64,000 bases of DNA, taken from positions 224,001-288,000 of the forward strand of contig JBFPLN010000003.1 of the NCBI GenBank assembly GCA_051971635.1, read 5' to 3'. The DNA is from Candidatus Atelocyanobacterium thalassae. Lineage in GTDB: Bacteria; Cyanobacteriota; Cyanobacteriia; Cyanobacteriales; Microcystaceae. Below the pieces are notes generated by a model, which made no database searches, was not told the origin of the DNA, and was given only the letters and a program-made list of their open reading frames with translations. The translations under genes and the position numbers were made by a program. Of this stretch, positions 1 through 10,020 are shown piece after piece (positions within the stretch are counted from its first letter, which is position 1; the number at the start of each line of letters is the position of its first letter).

Positions 1-998
1 TTCTTACTTATTATCCATCAACTATACCTCAGCATCCCAACTCATATATAGAGAAAATACCGGAAACATTAACAAACGATAAAGGTATTATTTTTTTTCT
101 GTCTAATGATTCTGTAAGTAGAATAAGTGATTTTTATAATCAACAATTTAAATCAGATTTTTGGGAAGTTGCCGAAATTCCTAGTGAAGAAAATAAAAGT
201 TTTATAGCTAGAAAAAATGCATTAGAAGTGAAATTAGTATTTTTATCTCATAATACAATAACTAATTATTTTATAGCTTATACAAATACAAAAAATTCTG
301 TTAAGCAAGCAGCAAAAGAAAATTATGGTAATGAGATTGGAAAGTTTAAGAATATTCCAGAAGCTTTATATTCATATATCAAAGATTTATCGATGTTAGG
401 AACGCTAGATTTAGAAATCAATGGAGTAGATAATCAACTAATTGACATAAATGCTAAAGTAAATCGAAGAACTTATGCAAAATGGCTTTTTAAAACGTAC
501 AACAAATTTTATCAGGACGTTCCAGAGAAACAAATAAGATCGGTAGCAGTTAATTCAAAACCTCTTTTTTCTGATGTTCCTCTTGATGATCCAGACTATT
601 TGTTTATACAGGGATTAGCAGAGGCAGGAATTATTTCATCTTCCTTAAATGAAGATAATAATTCGTTACTATTTTATCCTGATACTTATCTAACAAGAGA
701 AGATCTGATAACTTGGAAGGTTCCTCTAGATATAGGCAAGGGATTACCGAGAATTTCTGCTATGCATATTGAAAAAAGTTGGGAGTTTCAAGATATCACA
801 ACAATTAATATAAAAGCTAGACAAGCTTTATACATAGATTTTCATAATAAAGATAAATCTAATATCCGTCGTGTTTTTGGTTATATCATATTATTTCAGC
901 CTCAAAAACCAGTTACATTAGCTGAAGCAATTTCTAGTTTATGGTATTTTGGACATCAAGAAAAAGGATTTTCAGCAAGTGATATCTTACTAAGGTAA
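1..998 (+). CDS. S-layer homology (SLH) domain protein, 5'-truncated by the window edge
   Basis: The frame of ORF 228..998 is open back to position 3. SLH-type motif FSDVPLDDPDYLFIQGLAEAGII...FYPDTYLTRE. Confidence 0.8.
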   Translation, partial: LTYYPSTIPQHPNSYIEKIPETLTNDKGIIFFLSNDSVSRISDFYNQQFKSDFWEVAEIPSEENKSFIARKNALEVKLVFLSHNTITNYFIAYTNTKNSVKQAAKENYGNEIGKFKNIPEALYSYIKDLSMLGTLDLEINGVDNQLIDINAKVNRRTYAKWLFKTYNKFYQDVPEKQIRSVAVNSKPLFSDVPLDDPDYLFIQGLAEAGIISSSLNEDNNSLLFYPDTYLTREDLITWKVPLDIGKGLPRISAMHIEKSWEFQDITTINIKARQALYIDFHNKDKSNIRRVFGYIILFQPQKPVTLAEAISSLWYFGHQEKGFSASDILLR

Positions 999-1181
999 AA
1001 GATTTATATCAATTTCAAAGACCACCATAATAATTAGTTGTAATTTATAGATAAAATGAAAAATACTTTTATACTTTACTTTGTAAAAATTAAAACTTAA
1101 TTGTTATTATTTGTATAATTTAACAATTTTTAAGCTTTTCATTGTATTAGTTCTTTAAAAGTGTAAATTAACAGAAACTCC

Positions 1182-2330
1182 ATGAAATATATGATTGACA
1201 AACCAATTAAGCCTTTTTATTTTGATTTGACAGAGGAAGAAATAGATTTATTTAAGAATGAATGTGGAAAAATTCTTACTTCAGGTAAACTAATTCTAGG
1301 AGAAAATACCCTAGCATTCGAAAAAGCTTTTGCTGAATATGTAGGAGTAAAACATGCAATTGCTGTTAATACTGGATCTTCTGGCTTAGAGATCATTTTA
1401 AGACTAAAAAAGGTACAAAATACGACTGTATTGGTACCAACAAATACAAATTTTGCTACTGTAGCTGCCATATTGAGAGCTGGAGGTACAGTAAAATATC
1501 TAGATATGGATGAGAATACATTTGCACCCTCTTTACAAATGGTAATGGATGCAATTAAGGAAAGTGTAACTCCTTCCATTTCTGGGATACTATGGGTTCA
1601 TATTGGGGGAGTAATTTCTTCGGAATTTCCTGCAATAGTAAACTACTGTCATGACAACGGTCTATTTGTATTGGAAGATACTGCTCATGCTCATGGAAGT
1701 CAAATTAATGGAATTCAAGCTGGTAATTTGGCAGATGGTGCTGCTTTTTCTTTCTTCCCTACCAAGATTATGACGACTTTTGAGGGAGGAATGATTACTC
1801 TTAATGATCAAGAAGAAGATTATATTGCCCGTTCATTAAGAAATCAGGGCAAGAGGGGAATGGACTTTGGTGGATTACATACAGACTTTGGAAATAGCAG
1901 TCGTATGACAGAAGTTCATGCAGTGTTAGGACTTATTCAACTAGCTAAGTTATCGAAAATGATTGCTAAAAGGCAAAAATGTTATGAGATAATTACTAAA
2001 CATTTAAGAAGAGCACATATTAAATTTGTTTCTACAGACCATATGGATACTGCTAGTCAATATAAGCTGATAGTTTTATTGCCTGAAGATAAAAGCGTGG
2101 AAAAAATAAAAAAATCTTTATCTAAAGAAAAGATAATTTTAGGAGGGGAAGTTTATCAAATTCCCTGTCACTTACAACCTGTTTTTCAAGATATTAATAT
2201 AAGAAAGAATCTTCCTAATGCCGAGTATTGGTGTCCTCGTCATATTTGTCCTCCACTTACATCTGGAATGACAGAGGAGGAAGCAGATATTACGGGAGAG
2301 ATATTAGTAAAATATCTAACAGCTAGTTAA
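1182..2330 (+). CDS. DegT/DnrJ/EryC1/StrS family PLP-dependent sugar aminotransferase
   Basis: Motifs FEKAFAEYVG..HAIAVNTG, LEDTAHAHG and SFFPTKIMTTFEGG (PLP lysine). Confidence 0.9.
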   Translation: MKYMIDKPIKPFYFDLTEEEIDLFKNECGKILTSGKLILGENTLAFEKAFAEYVGVKHAIAVNTGSSGLEIILRLKKVQNTTVLVPTNTNFATVAAILRAGGTVKYLDMDENTFAPSLQMVMDAIKESVTPSISGILWVHIGGVISSEFPAIVNYCHDNGLFVLEDTAHAHGSQINGIQAGNLADGAAFSFFPTKIMTTFEGGMITLNDQEEDYIARSLRNQGKRGMDFGGLHTDFGNSSRMTEVHAVLGLIQLAKLSKMIAKRQKCYEIITKHLRRAHIKFVSTDHMDTASQYKLIVLLPEDKSVEKIKKSLSKEKIILGGEVYQIPCHLQPVFQDINIRKNLPNAEYWCPRHICPPLTSGMTEEEADITGEILVKYLTAS

Positions 2331-2467
2331 TTATTAATCGTGTTATGCGCCTATACTTAAATAAAATTAGAAATTATCTTTTCCTATGTGAGCCATAGTT
2401 CAAGAATTTCCATGTTTCTAAGAAATTATAAATTGACCAATTAACATTAATAGAAATACTATTAACT

Positions 2468-2516
2468 ATATTCTTCAGTAGTAACAGTCAAAGTACTTGT
2501 TATTACTGAAGAATAT
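2468..2516. terminator. Inverted repeat (19-bp arms, 1 mismatch) between the convergent aminotransferase gene and cysK
   Basis: atattcttcagtagtaaca-11 nt-tgttattactgaagaatat. Confidence 0.75.
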
Positions 2517-2550
2517 GATTTATTTCTATGATTATTTAAAATTACTGGCC

Positions 2551-3498
2551 TTAATCAGATGTTTCTAAATCTTGAAATAAAATAGTACTCAAATAACGCT
2601 CACCGAAACTTGGCTGTATCATCACAATTAATTTGTTTTTATTTTCTGTTCGTTTACCAATTTTTATTGCAGCACATAAAGCCGCACCTGTAGATATACC
2701 TGATAATAAACCTTCTTCTTTAGCAAGTCGCCGTGCATATTCAACTGCTTCTGTATCTTGAACTGTAACTATTTCATCAATTAAATTGACGTCCAAAACT
2801 TTTGGAATAAAGCCTGCTCCAATACCTTGAATTTTGTGCCCTCCTGGACTTCCTCCTGAAAGTATTGGACTATTAGATGGCTCAACTGCAATTGCTTGAA
2901 AGTTTGGTCTTCTTCCTTTAATAACACTTGCAATTCCAGTAATTGTGCCTCCAGTACCTACACCAGCAATAAGAATGTCTATCTTACCATCAGTATCTTC
3001 CCAGATTTCTTCTGCTGTAGTTGAACGATGTATTTGAGGATTAGCAGGATTATTAAACTGCTGCAACATATAAGTATTAGGCAAGCTATCTGCTATTTCC
3101 TGAGCTCTACGAATACAGCCACCCATTCCATCACTACCTGGAGTTAGTTCTAATTGTGCTCCATAAGCCTTCAACATTGCACGACGTTCTTTACTCATAG
3201 TATCTGGCATCGTTAAAATTAGATCATACCCTTTAGCAGCTGCTACCATAGCTAGAGCAATGCCTGTATTGCCTGATGTAGGTTCTACTAATAAAGTTGT
3301 ACCAGGAGTAATTAATCCTTCTTTTTCAGCCATGTTAATCATATTAATTCCAATACGATCTTTTACTGAAGCTGCTGGATTCATGCTTTCTAACTTGACT
3401 ACAATATTCGCTACACAGCCTTCTGCCTGAGGAATATGATTTAATTGTACAAGTGGAGTCTGGCCAATAAGTTCTGTAATATTTTGTGCTATTCTCAT
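2551..3498 (-). CDS. cysK: Cysteine synthase A
   Basis: Motifs [10 protein letters not shown] (PLP lysine), [19 protein letters not shown] and [10 protein letters not shown]. Confidence 0.97.
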   Translation of the reverse strand: MRIAQNITELIGQTPLVQLNHIPQAEGCVANIVVKLESMNPAASVKDRIGINMINMAEKEGLITPGTTLLVEPTSGNTGIALAMVAAAKGYDLILTMPDTMSKERRAMLKAYGAQLELTPGSDGMGGCIRRAQEIADSLPNTYMLQQFNNPANPQIHRSTTAEEIWEDTDGKIDILIAGVGTGGTITGIASVIKGRRPNFQAIAVEPSNSPILSGGSPGGHKIQGIGAGFIPKVLDVNLIDEIVTVQDTEAVEYARRLAKEEGLLSGISTGAALCAAIKIGKRTENKNKLIVMIQPSFGERYLSTILFQDLETSD

Positions 3499-3570
3499 AA
3501 GTTTTTTATGCCTATTTATAAATTTCGTACTTTACTGTTTTAATACCTTATGAGATATTTTTAGTAATTT

Positions 3571-3671
3571 TTTATCCTTTCTTTATTTAATTCTGGATAC
3601 TAACTAAAAAACCCTATCTTTACGATAGGGTTTTTTAGTTAGTATCCAGAATTAAATAAAGAAAGGATAAA
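3571..3671. repeat. Perfect 48-bp-arm inverted repeat with 5-nt loop; probable 3' end structure of the porin mRNA
   Basis: 3571-3618 is the exact reverse complement of 3624-3671; loop tttac; the arm ends 7 nt from the porin stop codon. Confidence 0.95.
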
Positions 3672-3678
3672 TTAACAT

Positions 3679-5670
3679 CTAGAAGGAGAAGGTTCCACGA
3701 AGAGTACCGACTACTTCGTCATCTGCGCCTTGAATGTTAACAAATTGATCGGGATTTGCAATCCAAATAACACCAGGAGTAATGGAAATATTATCAGTAA
3801 GTTGATATCTATAGAAAACTTCAGCAGTTACAGGGTTACGGCTAGGTAGTTCGAAGAAACCACTGTTACGTCCTAGATAAGGACGTTGACGTCCACCTTG
3901 ATAAGGTTGAACACCAGCAAATATACCTAGCAAGTTACCTTCCTTGAATAGATCTGGGAATGCGAATCCGCCACCACCAGTCCAAACTTCAGCACTTTTT
4001 CCTCTACCAAGAAAGCGAACATTAGTAAAAGAACCAAATGCACTAAAGTTCATCCACTCAGCAATGCGCCATGTCATTTCACCACCATAACTATTAGTGA
4101 CTTTACCACCAATATCAAATGGGTTAACTTGTAGAGGATCGTTAGCATTATTACCGTTTCCATTGAAAGTTCGTGTTGGAGTTCCAGGAGAACCTACAGA
4201 CCCTTCAGCGAAAGCATTGTTTAACTCAGAACGAGAGAAGTTAGCAAAAGAAGTTCCTACTTCACCAGGCCCAAAGGGAATACCGGATCCAAAGATAGGA
4301 CTATCAGGTTTGTGGTAAGCATGAACATATGTAAAAGCAACATTGACTAAATCAAATAAGTTTGCATTCAGTTGTGCTAATCCACCATAGTTACCATTAA
4401 ATAAACCATTTCCGCCATCACTTTCTGTATAAGGATTACCAGTAGCAGGATTAGTAGCGTTACTATTTTGGCATCCACGAACACTACGGTCTACATTCTG
4501 TCCTCCACCGTTTAGGCAAGGATCATTAGATGTTCCAGCAAGGTATCCAAAACTAACAGAAGTAGGACCAATTAAGCTCTCTAAGAAACCGACTTGGAAA
4601 CTCATACCTGCACCAGCTCCACCACCAATTCGATAAATTGGATTACGTTGAGCAAATGTACTTAGAGATCCTTTACCTCCATCAAAATCTTCAAAAAATG
4701 GATTTAATGTAGGAACGAAATGATGCCATCTTCCACCCCAAGCTGTAACATAAGTATCTAGCTTCCAGTTATCTAAGGGCTCGATAGGTGCATAATAACC
4801 AACCCAGTCAATAGTAACATCGTTATCTTCTTCATTCCGTCTAGGACCAATGTTGAAAGTTTGAGTTGCTGTAGGGTTGATTAATGTATTTTCCTTGAAT
4901 GCGATACCAATTGGTTGACCAGTAGCTGGATTAATAACTCTTAGGTTAGGTTCGGTCAAGGTAAAACGTTCGGAACCTGTACCTGTACTGGCTGACAAGC
5001 GGGTAACTAATAAGTCTTCTCCACTAAAACTAGTGTTGAAGCTTAATCTAATACGATCTTGTAAAACAGCTTGATTATCTTCAGAAGAACGACTACCACC
5101 AGCTGCTGTTGCTGCCATGATAACTTCACCGACTAATTTGGTAGTGGTAGAAAATTGATGATCTTCTAAGAAAGATACACGTCCTTCTAAATTATCAACT
5201 CGAGCACCTAATGCAGCTAGCTCAGCTTCAAATTCTTGCATTAAGCGTTTGAGCTTTTCAATATCTTCTCTTAATACAGCAACATTTTCTTGAATCAAAC
5301 GCTCCATAGTGTTTAAACAAGCATTTAATCCAGCTGCAAACTCCCAACGTGATGTTGCGCGATTACCTCTAAAGGTACGATCAGGGTAGCCGACAATACA
5401 ACCGTAACGTTCTACTAGGCTTCTTAATGCTTCATAGGCCCAATCAGTAGGAGCTACATCGCGTAGTTCACTGACACTAGTTACCTGGTCGTTAGTATTT
5501 AGTTGACCTTCTTGACTATAGTTCTCTAATTTCTCTAATAGAATGTCTTGACCTTTTGCGATTTCAATGTCAGACAGTCCTTCGGCCGCATTGGCAGGAG
5601 CAGAGATTGATAATACTGCACCCATTAAAGCTGGACTTACCAGCAGAGTTTTCCATAATAATTTTAGCAT
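3679..5670 (-). CDS. Cyanobacterial major outer-membrane porin (SomA-like; SLH plus OprB barrel)
   Basis: Signal peptide, QVTSVSELRDVAPTDWAYEALRSLVERYGCI SLH motif, coiled coil, QFSTTTKL, C-terminal GTLRGTFSF. Confidence 0.95.
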   Translation of the reverse strand: MLKLLWKTLLVSPALMGAVLSISAPANAAEGLSDIEIAKGQDILLEKLENYSQEGQLNTNDQVTSVSELRDVAPTDWAYEALRSLVERYGCIVGYPDRTFRGNRATSRWEFAAGLNACLNTMERLIQENVAVLREDIEKLKRLMQEFEAELAALGARVDNLEGRVSFLEDHQFSTTTKLVGEVIMAATAAGGSRSSEDNQAVLQDRIRLSFNTSFSGEDLLVTRLSASTGTGSERFTLTEPNLRVINPATGQPIGIAFKENTLINPTATQTFNIGPRRNEEDNDVTIDWVGYYAPIEPLDNWKLDTYVTAWGGRWHHFVPTLNPFFEDFDGGKGSLSTFAQRNPIYRIGGGAGAGMSFQVGFLESLIGPTSVSFGYLAGTSNDPCLNGGGQNVDRSVRGCQNSNATNPATGNPYTESDGGNGLFNGNYGGLAQLNANLFDLVNVAFTYVHAYHKPDSPIFGSGIPFGPGEVGTSFANFSRSELNNAFAEGSVGSPGTPTRTFNGNGNNANDPLQVNPFDIGGKVTNSYGGEMTWRIAEWMNFSAFGSFTNVRFLGRGKSAEVWTGGGGFAFPDLFKEGNLLGIFAGVQPYQGGRQRPYLGRNSGFFELPSRNPVTAEVFYRYQLTDNISITPGVIWIANPDQFVNIQGADDEVVGTLRGTFSF

Positions 5671-5680
5671 TTTCAGCTTT

Positions 5681-5690
5681 TCCTCACACC
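5681..5690 (-). promoter_or_regulatory. GGTGTGAGGA ribosome-binding region of the porin gene; candidate Yfr1 sRNA target site
   Basis: Lies 10 nt upstream of the porin ATG; complementary to the recalled Yfr1 motif ACUCCUCACAC. Confidence 0.55.
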
Positions 5691-5989
5691 TTTAAATTGA
5701 CTATAAAATAATAGCCTCACTCACATTTCTATAATACACAATTTTTTGGAAAATAGTGGGAAATAAGTTTAATTTTTGTATATATTTTCTAAAATCATGT
5801 ATTTACCAACTAATTTATAGATATTTCTATACAAGATTTTAATAATTGAGATTTGCACTACTTTTATTTGAAATAATTTATTTTTGTTTAATCAGGTCTA
5901 TTTATGGATTATGTTTGTAAGAATATATCCATTGGTACTAAATTAAATATTCTATGATACCTTATCAATTTTAATGATTTATAGAAAAC

Positions 5990-7255
5990 ATGAGTATTGA
6001 TTCTTTTTTGCTACCTTTTCAACGTTTTGGGGTTCACTTAGGACTTGAGCGTATTAACGCTTTACTAACTAAGTTACAAAATCCTCATCAAGATATTCCT
6101 ATTATTCATGTTGGAGGAAGCAACGGTAAAGGATCGGTCTGTGCTTACTTATCGTCAATATTAATTGAAGCTGGATATAAAGTAGGACGTTATACATCTC
6201 CTCATTTAATAGATTGGACAGAAAGAATTTGTTTAAATAATGAACCAGTATCACAATCACGTTTAGAAGAGATACTTACTAATATTCAATATTTAGTTCT
6301 TAATAATAATATTCTTCCCACTCAATTTGAAGTTATAACAGCTGCGGCATTAACTTATTTTAAACAAGAAAAAGTAGATATTCTTATTATGGAAGTTGGC
6401 CTAGGTGGACGTTTAGATGCTACTAATATTTGCCAATCACCTTTAGTAACGGTTATCACGTCCATTAGTTTAGAGCACTGTCAAAATTTAGGTCCAACCA
6501 TAACAGATATTGCTCGAGAAAAATCAGGAATTTTCAAACCTAGCTGTCCAGTAATTATTGGCAAAGTCCCTTACGAAGCTCAAGCTATATTTATATCTCA
6601 AATAAATGCCTTAAATTGTCCTAGTGTTTGGGTTCAACCATCAATCTTTACTCAACATAATTCAGCTATTTATGAGAATATTGAATATTCTTTACCGCTA
6701 TCAGGGGAAGCTCAATTAAATAATTCAGCTATATCAATAGAAGTAGTTAAAACTCTAAAACAAAAAGGATGGAATATTCCTATTAGTTGTATTAAAGATG
6801 GTATCCGAAAAACTTCATGGAGAGGAAGACTAGAATGGCTAAATTGGCAAGGTATATCCTTACTGGTAGATGGCGCACATAATCCAGATGCTGCAAGAAT
6901 GTTACGCAATTATATTGATAATCTGGATAGACCTGTTAAATCTGTTACTTGGATAATAGGAATTATAAGTACTAAAGAACATGATAAGATCTTCGAAGAA
7001 TTGTTAAGAGATGACGAAACTTTATACTTAGTTCCTGTTCCCAATCACTCTAATATAGAGTCCAAAAGCTTGGTAAGTCCTATAATTGGTAGTTGTGTCA
7101 GGTTAAAAGAAATTAGAATCGAAAAAACATTAGAATCCGCTCTAAAATTAATTATTAACAAGCAATCCAATGATGATTTAGTTGTTTTATCTGGTTCTTT
7201 ATATTTAGTTGGTTATCTTTTAAAGATTATAGAATTTCCTAACTCTAAATATTAA
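5990..7255 (+). CDS. folC: Folylpolyglutamate synthase / dihydrofolate synthase
   Basis: Motifs HVGGSNGKGS, YTSPHL, EVGLGGRLDATN, DGAHN and GSLYLVG. Confidence 0.95.
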   Translation: MSIDSFLLPFQRFGVHLGLERINALLTKLQNPHQDIPIIHVGGSNGKGSVCAYLSSILIEAGYKVGRYTSPHLIDWTERICLNNEPVSQSRLEEILTNIQYLVLNNNILPTQFEVITAAALTYFKQEKVDILIMEVGLGGRLDATNICQSPLVTVITSISLEHCQNLGPTITDIAREKSGIFKPSCPVIIGKVPYEAQAIFISQINALNCPSVWVQPSIFTQHNSAIYENIEYSLPLSGEAQLNNSAISIEVVKTLKQKGWNIPISCIKDGIRKTSWRGRLEWLNWQGISLLVDGAHNPDAARMLRNYIDNLDRPVKSVTWIIGIISTKEHDKIFEELLRDDETLYLVPVPNHSNIESKSLVSPIIGSCVRLKEIRIEKTLESALKLIINKQSNDDLVVLSGSLYLVGYLLKIIEFPNSKY

Positions 7256-7259
7256 GAAA

Positions 7260-8015
7260 ATGTTTTATGTTGCCATATTAAATTCCCTAGAAACTGACCT
7301 TTACTTTCTTGAACAATCTGCTGATAAATTAGTTTCTGCTCAACTAGGACATATTAATTTTTTAGGTTTTATCATTATTTTTTTGGCAGGACTTTTAACT
7401 AGTTTAAATCCATGCGTTGTGTCTATGCTGCCAGTTACTATTGCTTATATTAATTGTCACGGAGCTCAAAAAAAGCTCCAAGGATTTATTCAGTCTATTT
7501 TATTTTCTCTAGGCTTGGCAACAACATTAGTATTACTGGGAATTGTTGCAGCATCATTAGGTAAAATTTATGGACAGATAGGAATACAATTGCCTATTTT
7601 TGTAAGTATAGTCTCTATAGTAATGGGTTTTAACCTATTGGGACTGGTCTCGTTTCAATTCCCTTCTATAAGAGCAGAAAACTGGTTTATTAATAAATTT
7701 AACTTAAGAGTCCGTACCTATCTTTTTGGTATGACTTTTGGCTTAGTGGCTTCTCCTTGTAGTACGCCAGTACTGGCAACTTTGTTAACTTGGATTACTA
7801 GTACACAAAATTTGGTTCTGGGTGCAAGTGTATTATTCGCATATACAATCGGATATGTATCACCTCTAATTTTAGTAGGAACTTTTACTTCGATCCTTAA
7901 ACAAATGCTATACATTCGCCAATGGACAGCAATTGTTAATCCAATTAGTGCCGTTTTATTAATAGTATTTGGCATATTTTCTCTGCTATCACATGTATCA
8001 TTAAACTATTTTTAA
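7260..8015 (+). CDS. ccdA: Cytochrome c biogenesis thiol-disulfide transporter CcdA
   Basis: GLLTSLNPCV and ASPCSTPVL cysteine motifs; multiple transmembrane segments. Confidence 0.92.
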   Translation: MFYVAILNSLETDLYFLEQSADKLVSAQLGHINFLGFIIIFLAGLLTSLNPCVVSMLPVTIAYINCHGAQKKLQGFIQSILFSLGLATTLVLLGIVAASLGKIYGQIGIQLPIFVSIVSIVMGFNLLGLVSFQFPSIRAENWFINKFNLRVRTYLFGMTFGLVASPCSTPVLATLLTWITSTQNLVLGASVLFAYTIGYVSPLILVGTFTSILKQMLYIRQWTAIVNPISAVLLIVFGIFSLLSHVSLNYF

Positions 8016-8124
8016 TAATAGATCTATGTAAAAATGTTAAGTATATTAATTTATTATTCTGTTTTTAAGAGAAATAAAAAAGCTGAATATGTCTTAGCCA
8101 ATAAAATCCAAAACAATTTAATTT

Positions 8125-9477
8125 ATGATTATATCTAATTTTCCTATGACGCTAAATAAAGTTTCCTTAATGAAGTTGAGATTTTGGAGAATAATTAGAG
8201 TAATTACTGATATACGTTTAACAATTGTTTTATTATTGGTAATAGCTTTATTTAGTATTAGTGGAACCTTAATAGAACAAGAAAGAAGTTTGGAATTCTA
8301 TCAAAAAGCTTATCCTGATTCACCGGCTCTATTTGGATTCTTAACATGGAATCTAATTTTGAAAGTAGGTCTAAATCATGTTTATAGTACTTGGTGGTTT
8401 TTATTTTTATTGGTATTATTTAGTACAAGCTTAATTTTATGCACATTTACTCGTCAATTGTCTGCACTAAAAGCCGTAAATAAATGGAGATTTTACAAAA
8501 AGCCTTATCAATTTCAAAAATTAGCACTAAGTTCAGAGTTGAAAGTTAAGAAAATAATCCCTGTTATTAATATTTTAAAAGCAAAAAAGTATAAAATTTT
8601 TCAAGAGAACAACACTATTTATGCTCGTAAAGGGATATTTGGAAAAATAGGACCTATCATCGTACATCTTGGAATATTAGTAATATTGTGTGGCTCGGTT
8701 ATTGGCTCTTTGACAGGATTTTTAGAACAAAAAATGATTCCTAGTGAATCTGAGTTTAAAATCGATAGCAATCTCAATTTAGGACCTTTCTCCACTTCAC
8801 AGAGTCCCAGAAATTGGAAAGTTAGAGTTAATCGATTTTGGATTGACTATAATTCTCAAGGAGCAGTTGATCAGTTTTATTCAAATCTATCTATCATAAG
8901 CGATAAAGGAAAAGAGTTAAAAAAAGAGACTATCTATGTAAATAAGCCATTACATTACAACGGCATTAGTATATATCAGACTAATTGGGGCATTTCATCC
9001 GTTCAAATTCAAATTAATGATGGCAATATTTTTCAACTTCCTATGGCGCTTTTAGAAGATAGTAGCCAAGCTAAAATGTGGGGTACTTGGATTCCGTTAA
9101 AATCTGACTTAAGTGAAGGAATTTCTCTAGTTACTAAAGATTTACAAGGAACTATGATTGTTTATGATCAAGAGGGAAATCTTTATAGTGCAATTAGAAC
9201 TGGAATGCCATTAACAATTAATGGAGTACAATTAAAAATTCATAAATTAATAGGGAGTACTGGGTTACAAATAAAAGCAGATCCAGGAATTCCTGTCGTA
9301 TATACAGGGTTTGGGTTATTAATACTTGGTGTAATTATGAGCTATATATCTCATTCTCAAATTTGGATACTACAGATAAATCAAACATGTTTAATTGGAG
9401 GTAAGACAAATAGATCTCAAGTAACTTTTGAGAAAGAATTGACAAATATAGTTACTTCTCTACAGTGCCTAGAATAG
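8125..9477 (+). CDS. ccs1: Cytochrome c biogenesis protein Ccs1/CcsB (ResB family)
   Basis: Motifs SISGTLIEQ, HVYSTWWF, GPIIVHLG and GLQIKADPGIPVVYTGF; adjacent to ccdA. Start codon uncertain. Confidence 0.92.
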   Translation: MIISNFPMTLNKVSLMKLRFWRIIRVITDIRLTIVLLLVIALFSISGTLIEQERSLEFYQKAYPDSPALFGFLTWNLILKVGLNHVYSTWWFLFLLVLFSTSLILCTFTRQLSALKAVNKWRFYKKPYQFQKLALSSELKVKKIIPVINILKAKKYKIFQENNTIYARKGIFGKIGPIIVHLGILVILCGSVIGSLTGFLEQKMIPSESEFKIDSNLNLGPFSTSQSPRNWKVRVNRFWIDYNSQGAVDQFYSNLSIISDKGKELKKETIYVNKPLHYNGISIYQTNWGISSVQIQINDGNIFQLPMALLEDSSQAKMWGTWIPLKSDLSEGISLVTKDLQGTMIVYDQEGNLYSAIRTGMPLTINGVQLKIHKLIGSTGLQIKADPGIPVVYTGFGLLILGVIMSYISHSQIWILQINQTCLIGGKTNRSQVTFEKELTNIVTSLQCLE

Positions 9478-9507
9478 ATTGATTTGCTTCTTTTAATTTC
9501 AATTCAC

Positions 9508-9540
9508 AAAAAAACTCCCTGTTAATATAGCAGGGAGTTT
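9508..9540 (-). terminator. Intrinsic terminator of rplL
   Basis: Minus strand aaactccctgcta-tat-taacagggagttt followed by a U-tract. Confidence 0.8.
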
Positions 9541-9566
9541 ATAGAAAAAGTTTTTGAAAGTAATTA

Positions 9567-9959
9567 TTATTTAATAGTTACTTTAGCTCCAGCATCTTCA
9601 AGCTGTTTCTTAATACTTTCAGCATCATCTTTTGAAGTTCCTTCTTTAAGAGATTTAGGAGTTGATTCAACAAGATCTTTTGCTTCTTTAAGTCCTAATC
9701 CAGTTATGGTACGAACTACTTTAAGAATAGCTATTTTTTTATCGCTAGGAAATTCTTCCAGAATAACATCAAATTCTGTTTTCTCCTCAGCAGCTTCTGC
9801 TCCACCTGCTGCAGCTGTTGCAGGTGCCATCATCATTCCACCAACAGGAGCGGAAGCACTTACGTCAAATACTTCTTCAATCTGTTTAACAAGTTCGGAT
9901 GCTTCTAAAAGACTTAAAGACTTTAGCTTTTCAATAATTTCATCAGTTACAGTAGACAT
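9567..9959 (-). CDS. rplL: 50S ribosomal protein L7/L12
   Basis: Motifs [10 protein letters not shown] and [13 protein letters not shown]. Confidence 0.98.
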   Translation of the reverse strand: MSTVTDEIIEKLKSLSLLEASELVKQIEEVFDVSASAPVGGMMMAPATAAAGGAEAAEEKTEFDVILEEFPSDKKIAILKVVRTITGLGLKEAKDLVESTPKSLKEGTSKDDAESIKKQLEDAGAKVTIK

Positions 9960-10020
9960 AGTTTAACTCCTAAATATTGTAAAAAAGTTGATAGGTAAAC
10001 AAGTTAATAATTAGATTTTA

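Noticed and set aside
3571..3671. Long inverted repeats interpreted as MITE or IS ends
   Set aside because: There is no internal sequence, no target-site duplication, no second copy and no transposase in the window.
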